64,000 nucleotides of DNA. Origin: Chiloscyllium plagiosum. Its lineage: Eukaryota. Below the pieces are notes generated by a model. That model saw only the letters and a list, made by a program, of their open reading frames with translations. It did not search any database and was not told the origin of the DNA. Position 1 is the stretch's first letter. Each line of letters begins with the position of its first letter. The DNA lies in NCBI RefSeq assembly GCF_004010195.1, contig NC_057753.1, forward strand, positions 14,111,937-14,175,936, in the 5' to 3' direction. The position numbers and the translations under genes were made by a program. Positions 51,500-62,655 of this stretch are shown piece after piece.

Positions 51500-51637
51500 G
51501 CGGCACCAACCAATTAGTTGAAATCAACTCACTTTATCAGTAAGTGGCATTATACAGCTTTGCTATCAGCTTCCTTTTTCTTATAGTCTGCATGTTATTA
51601 CGACACACGAAACCATTTGTACTCTGAAGCAGCAGTC

Positions 51638-52703
51638 ATGCAGATGCTAGTCCTTGCTCTCATCTCAGTTAATCTCATGATCGGTAAGAGGGATATTTTA
51701 GACCTAAACTGTTGATTTTCAAGTGAAACAAAAGAGAGAGGATCAGGAGTACATATTGATCCAGCAGTGGGCCTGGATGAACCCGCACCCGTTAATGTGA
51801 GCCGTTTACAAGTCTTTGATATAAAAGAATAGAGGCAAAACACAATTCAAATACGAATAATAAATATGATACTAGAATTGAGGGATGCAAACTATCAAAG
51901 GAAAGATTGAGATTCTTAGCTGTGTCAAAGGGAACGCTGAGTTGACACTGAATATAAATATTGAAACTGATGAAGATGTTCAATGCTTTGAAATAGAGAA
52001 GGTGCTTCGACATTTTGATGACTCTAAAATTATCGATCATAAAAATAAGGCTCGGCCAGAAGGCAATACGAATTCAGAAAAAAAATCCTTCCGCTTTAGA
52101 GTATGGAACTCACTGCCGAAACGAAATGCTGAATCACATATATAGATACATAAAGAAAAATTTCGATACATGGTGGAGCCAATAAGAAAAAGTGGGATGT
52201 GTAAATTTAACAAACAGACATAGCGAAAGAGATTGTTCATGGGATATGTCAGCACCAACACAGAACAGAAAATGTTTCACGGTATTTTCTTCTCGAATAT
52301 TCATTTATTTTTATTATTAACAAAACGCATTTTTTGCATCAATACTACTGCTCAATTGAAAACTTTGTTGATTTTTTTTTCTTTCACACCATGTTCCAGA
52401 ACAGAGCAATGGAATTTTTGATACACAGCTTGAGTCCTCGCTCACACATCCCGAAGGAGAAGTTGCTACTTTAAGCTGTACCTACACTGGCGATGCTTAT
52501 TCTTTATTCTGATACCGTCAGTACCCAGGAGGACAGCCTGAGTTCGCCTTCCAGGGATACACGAGTGGCAGCAATTCATTTAAGGCAGATTTTGCTCGGT
52601 ACCGGTTTTATGACACAGTTCAGCAGTCAGGCAATATGTATCTATTGACCATTTCTGATCTACGTCTTTCAGACACCGTTGTTTATTATTGTGCAATGAG
52701 ACT
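51638..52703 (+). pseudogene. TRAV/DV: TCR alpha/delta-type V pseudogene V5 (leader 51638-51683, V exon 52400-52703)
   Basis: Leader MQMLVLALISVNLMI with G|GTAAGA donor; ATGTTCCAG acceptor. V exon EQSNGIFDTQLESSLTHPEGEVATLSCTYTGDAYSLF*YRQYPGGQPEFAFQGYTSGSNSFKADFARYRFYDTVQQSGNMYLLTISDLRLSDTVVYYCAMR. The invariant Trp is TGA (52510-52512). Absent from the ORF track. Confidence 0.92.
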
Positions 52704-52742
52704 CACAGTAGTAAGAATGAGTGAAAGTCTCATACAATAAAT
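52704..52742 (+). other. 23-RSS with weakened nonamer (V5)
   Basis: CACAGTA (52704-52710), 23 nt, ACAATAAAT (52734-52742). Confidence 0.85.
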
Positions 52743-54967
52743 ATAACAGGTTTCTGGGTCACAGCTGCTGCCAGTTAAGGGCTGTTTTTCAGAGGGCCTC
52801 AGACAATAAAACTTCAGCACAATGCCATGCAGAAAACTGTAACTCTATGCCAAAATATTAATGAAATCTGTCACTTGGAATATTGATTCTAATTATAGAA
52901 TTCACTGTGAGGACATAAGTTCTAGCTGCTGCTTTGCAGAACTGTGAGAATATCCCATGCATATAAGGAGTGATACCAAACAGGTAGTCTGAAGCGAGTT
53001 ACAGCCATGTGCAGTTGTGATCGAAAGAAATGTTGTCAGAGGAAAGAGTAATATTGCTTTCAATAGGTTATTATAAAGTTAAAATTTATTATGTTCATAT
53101 CGAAAAGCTGAATTGAAAAGTTGCATTTCATGCAAAAAGTTCCTCCAGTTGTGGAAAATCTGTACAAATTGGAGTGCCCTAAATAAGCTCCTCTCAATAC
53201 CAAAGACACGATATGTACTAAAAATGAAGAGTCCATAATATAAACAATTTCTAAAGGATTATTTTACATTCCTGAATAAAGGCTGTTGAACAAAGATTAA
53301 TAGATGAAAAAGCTATAAGGATCAAGTGACATTTTCAAGACACCAGGGCAGTCTGTCTAAAAACCAAATTAATGCAATAGACGAATTGAAAATAAACCAA
53401 ATATTTGCTGTAAATAACAGAAATAGTTTGCGAAATTTCCATACATCAGGTATGTTCCAATATAAACATGAAATATACCTTGCTGTCATGATTAATGTTG
53501 CATTCATCATTGTTAATGGCGGGAGCCAATTTTTTGAAAAAAAAAGTCACAATATCTTGAAAAGGTGAAATTGTATAAAGTACCAAATAAATATTGTGAA
53601 TTATGTTTGGAAAGTAATTAATGCAAAGGGAACAGAAAAAGGTACATTGATGTTGCATCTGATGTTCTTATTTATATATTTCTGAATTCAGTGTGCTACA
53701 TTAATAACATTAAAATATTTGTGTTGCTCCGCAGTCTGACGACTATCCAATTCTCCTTGTCCCACTGCAGCAGTTTCTCAGTCGATGAAATCTTTCCCTC
53801 ATCTCATTCGCTGATAGATACGGAACATCTACTCCCCAGAGCTACTGTGTCTAAAGAATTAGATTTTGAATGAGGGGGCTTTAGCAAATTGAAATACATA
53901 AAACAGTAGCAGATGGTAAGGTAAATGTTATGGTCACTACTTTGTCAAAGGACAAATGCAACAGCAGTTGTGTTGCCCAATGGGAAGCACAGAGCATAAA
54001 TTAAAGATTTATATTGAAATTTCAAACAGTACCACAGCAACTGTCTTCTGTAAGACTGAGTGCTAAAATTACAAAGTACAGTGAGACAGGCAAAACATCT
54101 TTTGTTAAATTATTGTTTTGTTTTATGCAGCGATTTCAAGGCAAGCTGATCTATCTCGGAAAAAAAAAGCAAGGACACGCAAATAAAGTGAAAGTTCTTT
54201 GAACAGTATTGATGGCAATAAAAAGTTGATATCTTACCAGATAAACGGACTGAAGAAGTGAAAAATATATGAAGCCCCCGTGGCCATCATGTTTGCAGAA
54301 CAGGTGGTAAATTTGAACAAATGGAGTTCGAGCTGAATATGGTTTCATATCGGATTTTGGATGATGTTAAATCATATCTATTCCTGGTGTTAATTTAACC
54401 ATTCCTACCAATGTCACCAGTTGAGATCCAATGAGTTTGCAGCTCTTTAGTACTGCAAACTCTGCTGTCCCAGAATTAGACATTAGAACTCACAGAATAG
54501 GAACTGCAGGAGGGCCTTTGGCCCTGCGACCCTGCCCAGACATTCAACAACATCAGTTATCATTCAAATCCATTATTCAGCCGCATTCCCCAATTTAGAA
54601 CTGAATTAAAATTTACACATCTATCAACACTGGTCCTTAGAACACGTTGTGAATGAACAAAGTCTTCTCTCGAGTGTATACAAATGACAACGAGTTCGAG
54701 ATTGACATTAATTTTGTTCTTTATCTTGATTAATCAATTAATTGTTAGAAATATAATTGATAGTCAACATTCGAGTGCCACAGTCTGTCATTAAAAATGA
54801 TCTGTTCACTGTGAATAAAAAGCGATTACACTAATATTAATATCGCAGAATCGACACTGCAAAAATTAACAATTGGGCAACCTTTTCAAAATACGTTTTT
54901 ATTGTACTAATGCTTCACGACTCAGCTCAAGGATCTGATCAAGAAAGCGGAGGTGAGAGTGCATAAC

Positions 54968-55006
54968 TGTTTTTGTGCGGGCTGAGAGTGCCTCTGCATC
55001 AATGTG
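54968..55006 (-). other. Recombination signal sequence, 23-bp spacer (V3)
   Basis: Minus strand: CACATTG (55006-55000), 23 nt, ACAAAAACA (54976-54968). Confidence 0.92.
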
Positions 55007-55447
55007 GGCCTCAGCGCACAGAGATACATGCCGGAGTCAGAGATGTGAACCGCTGAAATATATAATTGGACTATTTTCTTTTCTTTGTCCAAATATGCAG
55101 TAAACCGGTCGGAAAAATGAGAAGACTTCTCCCCTTCATCCTTGTTGAATACCTTCAGGATATATTTTGGAGATTTTCCTGGATACTGGATGTACCAGAA
55201 GAGAGTTTCCCCACTATACTTTGTGGAATAAGTACAGTTCAATGTTACGGTCTGAATTTCTTCAACTGGCATTTCAGGTAGATGTTGGAATGCTGAATCT
55301 TGGCCACTTATTCCTGCAAAAATGAAACACATAGAATGTGTCAACCCTTTGTGCACTTATCTTTGAGGATACCCACAATGACGACTTAAATTCCGACTTA
55401 CCAGACAGCGAGATTATTAGTATGAGGGGACAATACAATGAATTCAT
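55007..55447 (-). CDS. TRAV/DV: T-cell receptor alpha/delta-type V gene segment V3, open (leader exon 55402-55447, V exon 55007-55313)
   Basis: Leader MNSLYCPLILIISLS with G|GTAAGT donor, 88-bp intron, TTTTTGCAG acceptor. V exon GISGQDSAFQHLPEMPVEEIQTVTLNCTYSTKYSGETLFWYIQYPGKSPKYILKVFNKDEGEKSSHFSDRFTAYLDKEKKIVQLYISAVHISDSGMYLCALRP. Same architecture as V2. Confidence 0.95.
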
Positions 55448-57454
55448 GATATCTGGCTCAAAAGCAAATGTTGCGTCTTCTCATCTGATACCAGCAATTG
55501 AACGTAACTCAAGGGCTGGCGTTACATATTGGGAAACTGAGCAGACATTTCCGCGCTGCTATTTGTTCATTTCACAGATTCGACATCATTTTTAGACCAA
55601 TCACAATTAACTGACAGCGAAAGGCAACTAATTCTGTCCAATCACATCCCTTGTTGATTTCGTGTTATCTTCATCCCTTGAACAAAGTCCAATTTTCGGG
55701 CATTCGGTATCTTTTCCTCGATTTAACTATATTTCTCTCATTTCTTTTGAAATCCAATGCCTCTATCTTTACAAACGTGATTGTTTATCCAAATGAAAGA
55801 TAAAAAGAATGAATAATTCAAAGTTTACGTCATGTACAGATACGTCTGCTACTCAAGTCATTTTTAGTGTATAGTCTCGAAAAGGAAATGATAAGCAGTG
55901 GCCGGATTGTGAACGGACTTACTGCCTAGAACGGTCATTCATTGCTGATAGATTGCTGAATTTACTCAGTCACTATTCTTATCTGAAAAACTTCAGAATT
56001 CGTCAGCCTTTGGACCTCCTTGGACATGTGATCACCTTATAAAGGTATCCTTCGATTGATGGACAGCAGGTCCAGGAATCATATTGGAACATATGGGTTA
56101 TCTTTTCACTGAGGCATCTTCTAAAAAAACGGAAAGAAAATGCAGGAAGGTGAAACTACGCACTTCGACCCACTTCTCCATTTAAATCGAAAATGAATTA
56201 TCTAAACGAGGCCTGCTTTCCTGCCGGCTCTCCATCATCATATTCTCCCTTGTAGACGAAAACTGTGGCGAAATCCGTCTTTAATATATTCAGCAAAAAG
56301 TAACTTCCACTGAATGGACTTCCAAAGACTAACGATTGTTGACAGTTTTATTTCCCCTAAAATCAACTTTGTCCAATCTTCATTTAAATGGACTGCTGTC
56401 AGACTTTAAAATATGCCCCAAGATCGAGATTCCATGATGAGTGAAAATAACTTTGGACCCTTTTACACTTAAGTCTGACCAGAATATTTGATGTTTCATA
56501 TTTCAGTTGTTACACCATGATGTTCGGGAAACGTTTGAGAAGTATCATTGATTAAAATGATCAACAAATCCCACGCTACCAACTCTGTCAAGCCTCGGAT
56601 ACAATGAGGGAAAACGCGTCAGGGCCTATCGTCACATTCATTCTTTTGTACATATTCTTTGGGATGTGGTCCAATGTGTTCCTGACGACGATTCTTGATC
56701 GTCGAATTGAAACAGATTTTTATGAGATCCTAGTTTCCCTCATTCACTGAGGGCACCGGCGTGCAGAAACACATGATGGTATCTGGCAATCTCACGACAT
56801 ACATGGAGAGGTGAAAAGTGATTATGCCGGGTTGAGTTTGCTGTTAAGATTTTCAAATCCAGGAGTTGCATCATCATTGTCAAAATTTGAGTCTCTAAAC
56901 ATGCATTCAAGAGATCTGTGCAGTTGCTGAAAACACTAGAACAGGTCATGGTTGTAAGTAAACGAGTAACATAGTGCCTAAATGAAATTACTGAAACTTT
57001 GCCCTTTACAACTTCGACTTTGCATCATGATTGAGGCACTGCGTTTCTGTTGCTCTTCACTGAAAATCAACAGTGGAAACATAGTAGAAGAGAGGGAAGA
57101 ACAGAAAAAATGTCGCCTGGACATAAAATAGGAAGCAAAATAACGAACTGGTATTTTACGTTGTTGATTTAGTGGAACAAAGCTGGGACCAAGTAAACAT
57201 TTAGAATCAGGCTGATTTTAATCCCCATGTTTCCTGATGAAATCCAAAGACACAGACAGTCAATAAGTCTCTACCAGAACTAGGAATGGAAGAGGGTCAA
57301 AAGGCCCAGGACTATTATCCGGTCAGACCCAGGAATTCTCTATATCCAAGCAATATTACTTCTTTGAACATGCACTTTCTGTAGAACTGATGGGGTTGTT
57401 TTTTGACTGGATAGCTCCATCCTACCTAAGTGGAATCAGATTTACATTCAGCAG

Positions 57455-57456
<2 letters not shown>

Positions 57457-57526
<70 letters not shown>
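57457..57526. repeat. (CA)35 microsatellite
   Basis: Uninterrupted CA run of 70 bp. Confidence 0.97.
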
Positions 57527-57529
<3 letters not shown>

Positions 57530-58899
57530 TTTGTTCCACTGTTCCGAATCGCACATGTGTTCTGGAAAGTACACCTTGAAAATAACTGTTAACCAATGAA
57601 AAGCTAAGAGATGCTTCCATTTTTTAATGGATTTTCATTACACGAGTAATGAGACTCAAACTGATGCACCAAGCATTTACCATTTACACCACTGGAACTT
57701 TACAAAGTTGATGGATTCAAAGAAGAGTATGTATGATTCAGTTTGTTAGCTGCACAGTGAGGTTAAACAAGGAAAGCAGCAATATTCTGGCATGACACTC
57801 ACGAATTCCCTGCTGCTGCAGATATTGGCGACTGCTGTTCCAAACAGCCATTCATTGTTCATTCCTAAAATGCAAGATCCTTGATGCCCAGCCATTTGAA
57901 TGAATGCATTGAACACAGGTTTAATCAGGTTATTTCCCACTCATGAAAGCACCAACCAACACTTACACAATCCCTGAGTCACACTGTCACAAATAAAGGC
58001 ATGTGATCTTACTGAACGGTTTTCGCAATGAAACAGCTTCATCTTCTTGAAAAGCTGAATGTTGTGAATTAGATTATTACTGAATTGATTGACTTGTTTC
58101 TTTTTTTCTCTTATTCATTCTTGGGATGTGGGCGTCGCCGGCTGAACCAATATTTATTGTGCATTCCTAATTGCGCAAAGGGAAGATAAGAGTCAATGAC
58201 ATTGTTGTAGCTGTGGAGTCACATGTAGGCCCGACCTCACAGGCCTTATGAATGTGCTGTGTTCTCGTCTGTGTCAAAGTAAAAAACGAAGCATAATACG
58301 TAATTGAAGATCCCTTATACATAGTGGATAGGATGCATTGGTTCTGCACCATGAAGCCCACCTTTCACATTTTGTCCCACTTCCTTTTTTTTGCTAGAAA
58401 ATTGTATAATACACGTCTATTCATGTTTTATTTTGTGGACCATGTATTTATTCACTGTCTCAACTTATCGAAATCGCAATGAAGAATCTCTAAATGCTCC
58501 TGAAAGATCGCCCTCCCATCTAGCTTTATGCTGCTTTGATAATAGAATAAATGACTGCATTTTAATCTGATATTGGCAGCAGCTGCACTACGCTTATTTG
58601 TGTGCTCCGTTAATCAACACGATCATTCAAGTGGCATGATGATATATGTCTCAATTTGGTGGGATTTAAAAGTAGCCCTATAGATCCCAAAGGCAGAGAC
58701 TTGACCACTGCACGAAAAGAAAGCTCAACCTGAATAAATAGTGTAGAGTCAGCCCAAAGTTGAATGTATAACAGATTGATATCGAGAACTGCATTGAACT
58801 CAACAGCTTAACTACCTATCTTCTGAGCTCGATAGCACTGTTGTGTGTTCCTGAGCTCTGAAATTTATTAAGGTACAAAACAATCTTTCATCCTTAGCG

Positions 58900-60730
58900 T
58901 GCATGGTTAAGAAAAAATAACAAAACCTTTTATTCATATATAAAGAGCAAGACTGTAACTAGGGAAAGGGTTGGCCCACTCAAGACAAAGGAGGAAAGGT
59001 ATGCGTGGAGTCAGAGAAAAATGAGTGAAATGCTCAATGAGTACTTTACATCAGTATTCTCTGAGGAGGGGGACATGGTAGATGTTGAGGATTGGGATAG
59101 AGTTTTATGACTCTAGCTCAAGTTGACAGACGACGGGAGGAAGTATTGGGTATTCTAAAAGGTATTAATTTGGGCAAGTCCCCAAGTCCGGATGGGATCT
59201 ATCCCAGGTTGATGAGGGAATCGAGAGAGGTTGTGGATATAACAGATACCCTTGTAGCATTCCTGAACACGGGGAAGGTCCCAGAAGACCAGAAAATTGC
59301 TAATGCTGTCCCCTTGGTTAAGAAGATTAGCAAAGATAACCCAGATAATTGCAGAACCATGAGCCTGACGTTAGTGGTAAGGACAATACTAGAGATGATA
59401 CTGAGGGATAGGGTACATACTCATTTGGAAGAAAGTGGGCTTATCAGCAATCAGCTGCATGTTTTTGTGCAGGGAAGGTGATGTCTCACAAACATAATAG
59501 AATTCTTTGAAGAGGTGAGAAAGTTGATTGACGAGGGAGGGGCTGTAGATGTCATATACATGGACTTCAGCAAGATGTTTGATAGAGTTCCTCACGGTAT
59601 GCTGATGGAGAAGGTGAAGTCGCATGGGGTCCAGGAGGGTCCGGCTAGATAGATAGAGTACTGGTTGGGTAACAGGAGACAGAGAGGAGAAGTGGAAGGA
59701 CGCTTCTCAAAATGGAGACCTGTGACAAGTGATGTTCCACAGGGATCTGTGCTGGGACCACTGTTGTTTGTGATGTACATAAATGATTCGGATGAAGGTG
59801 TGGGTTGCCTGATTAGCAAGTTTGTACATGACATTACGATTGTTGAAGTAGCAGATAGTGAGGTGGATTGTCACAGAATAAGCAGAATATAGACAGATTG
59901 GAGAGTTGGGCAGAGAGATGGCAGATCGAGTTCAATCCGAACAAATGTGATGATGCATTTGGGAAGATCGAATTCAAGAGCGAACTTTACAGTAAATGGA
60001 AACGTCGTTGGAAAAATTGATGTAACAGAGAGATCTAGTTGTTCAGGTCCATTGTTCACTGACGTGGTGACGAAGGTCAGTAGAGTGGTCAAGATGGCAT
60101 ATGGTATGCTTTCCTTCAACGGATGGGGTACTGAGTACAAGAGTTGGCAGATCATGTTACAGTTGTGTAAGACTTTGGTTCGGTCACTTTTGGAATACTG
60201 CATACAGTTCTGGTCACTACATTACCAAAGGTATGTGGATGCTTTGAATAGGGCGCAGAGGAGGTTCGCCAGGATGTTGCCTGGCATGGAGAGTGCCGCT
60301 ACGCGGAGAGGTTGCATAGAATAGGATTATTTCATTGGAAACATGGAGGTTGAGGGGCAACTGACTGAGGCCCACAAAATCATGAGAGGTGCAGTCAGGG
60401 TAGATAGCAAGATTTTTTTTTTTTGCCAGAGTGAACGACTAAATTACTAGGGTTCACGAGTTCAAAGTGAGAGGAGAAAAGTTTAGGAGAGAGAGTCATG
60501 GAAAGTTGTTCACGTAGAGGGTGGTGGGTGCCTGGAATGCACTGCCAGCGGAGGTGGTGGGTGCCTGGAATGATAGCGTCATTTAAGATGTATCTAGATA
60601 GATAAATGAATGGGTAAGGAACAAAGGGATACAGAGCCTTAGAAAATATGCAGCATATTGAGATAGATTATCTGGATCAACGCAGGCTTGTCGGGCCGAA
60701 GGATCTGTTCCTGTGCTATAATGTCCTAAT
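58900..60730 (+). mobile_element. CR1 LINE ORF2 RT region and 3' tail
   Basis: ORFs 59107..59481 (KSPSPDGIYPRLMRE...DNPDNCRTMSLT), 59665..59892 (VPQGSVLGPLLFVMYIND) and 59947..60324 (LLEYCIQFWS). Confidence 0.93.
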
Positions 60731-61560
60731 TTGTTTGTTTTATTGGGATAGCATACTTCACCTGGAAATAAGTGCGGTCGAGCTGGGGTGTGGGGTATGA
60801 TGATGGTGTGAGTTGTATCCATTAGGTCTCTGTGGAATCTTTGGCAGATGTCGTTCTGAAATGCAAAGAGCTGCCATCCACAAAAAAAATCACTCTGAGG
60901 AATGAGATTAATTGGTCTCTCAACTGTTATTGATAGGCATTGGGCACCAAGCAGTTTTTTTAATGTCTGTTTCCTTGCCTCCTTCTGCCTTTCTGTCTCT
61001 GATGTCTCTGGCTCTCTCTCCCTCTTTTCTTATTGCTGTTTCTTCTTTCTGAGTTTCCGTCCTTTATTATGTATTTCAATGCATTATCTCTGTTTTCTAG
61101 TCTCTGTTATTATACAGTGTATGTGAAAATACAAAGTTCAGAAAATCCTACTTCCCCACTGATGCTAGTTCACTGAGCCCCCTAAATCAATGTTGCATTG
61201 AGAGGAACATTCATAATTTCCAAAAGAATTCGCTTTGTTCTGTGACAAATATAAACTGAAGATTCATTTCGTTATTGCGTCTTTGTGTGGACATTTTAGT
61301 GTCAGGATCCTAAATGTATTCCCAACCATTTACAGTCTGGATCACGAGAGACAAACACAGGAAGTAAGGAAGATTTAAACTGAATTTGGTACGCTCATAC
61401 GTACTAAGTTATATCAGAATAGGAACAGCAAAGATAATTCCAACGTGGCATAAATGTGGAACGTGATTTTCCGTTAATTTGAGCACAATGACTTCACTGC
61501 CAGGCGTTTATTTTTTACTGCATTTCGTCAACAGAGGGAGCTACAACACCATGTTGATCT

Positions 61561-62655
61561 GTCAGAAATAGGAAAGGTGCAGTCACCTTGTTGGGTGTTT
61601 ATTATAGGCCCCCCAATAGCAGCAGAGATGTGGAGAAACAGATTGGGAAACAGATTTTGGAAAGGTGCAGAAGCCACAGGGTAGTAGTCATGGGCGATTA
61701 CAACTTCCCAAATATTGATTGGAAGCTCTTTAGATCAAGTAGATTGGATGGGGCGGTGTTTGTGCAGTGTGTCCAGGAAGCTTTTCTCACACAGTATGTA
61801 GATTGTCCGACCAGAGGGGAGGCCATTTTGAATTTGGTACTCGGTAATGAACCGGGAAAAGTGAAGGGCTTGTTAGTGGGTGAACATTTTGGTGATGGTG
61901 ACCACAATTCTGTGACTTTCACCTTGGTTATGGAGAGAGATAGGTGCGTGCAACAGGGTAGGTTTTACAATTGGGGGAAGTGTAATTACGATGCTGTAAG
62001 ACAGGATCTGAGGAGCACAAGTTGGGAGCATAGGTTGGCGGGGAAAGATGTCGTGGAAATGTGGAACTTTTTCAAGGAACAGATACGACGTGTCCTTGAT
62101 CTGTATGTACCGGTCAGACAGGAAAGAAATGGTCGTGTGAGGGAACCTTGGTTGACGAGGGAGGTTGAATGTCTTGTAAAGAGGAAGAAGGAGGCTTACA
62201 TAAGGTTGAGGAAACAGGGTTCAGACAGAGCAGTGGAGGGATACAGGATAGCCAGAAGGGACCTGAAGAAAGGGATTAGGAGAGCCAAGAGAGGGCAAGA
62301 AAAATCTTTGGCGGATAGGATCAAGGATAACCCAAAGGCATTTTATGCGTATGTGAGAAACATGAGAATGACGAGAACGAGGGTAGGTCCGATCAAGGAC
62401 AGCAGTGGGAGACTGTGTATTGAGTCCGAAGAGATAGGAGAGGTCTTGAATGAGTACTTTTCTTCAGTATTTACGAATGAGAGGAACCGTATTGTTGAAG
62501 AGGTGAGTGTGAAACGGACTGGTAAGCTAGAGGAGATACATGTTAGGAAGGAAGATGTGTTGGACATTTTGAACAACTTGAGGATAGACAAGTCCCCCGG
62601 GCCTGATGGGATATATCCTAGGATTAAGTGGGAAACAAGAGAGGAAATTGCAGTA
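61561..62655 (+). mobile_element. Young CR1 LINE ORF2 internal fragment (AP-endonuclease C-terminal half, tether, start of RT), 361-codon open frame
   Basis: ORF 61588..62673 contains GVYYRPP, MGDYNFP, PTRGEAILNLVL, GDGDHN, NPKAFYAYV, LNEYFSSVF and KSPGPDGIYPR. Confidence 0.95.

Noticed and set aside
54922-55356. ORF-track start and stop for V3 (likewise 3290..3604, 34933..35361 and 48332..48622)
   Set aside because: These ORFs start in the intron or mid-exon, or read through the RSS. The true structure is a spliced leader plus a V exon ending at the heptamer.
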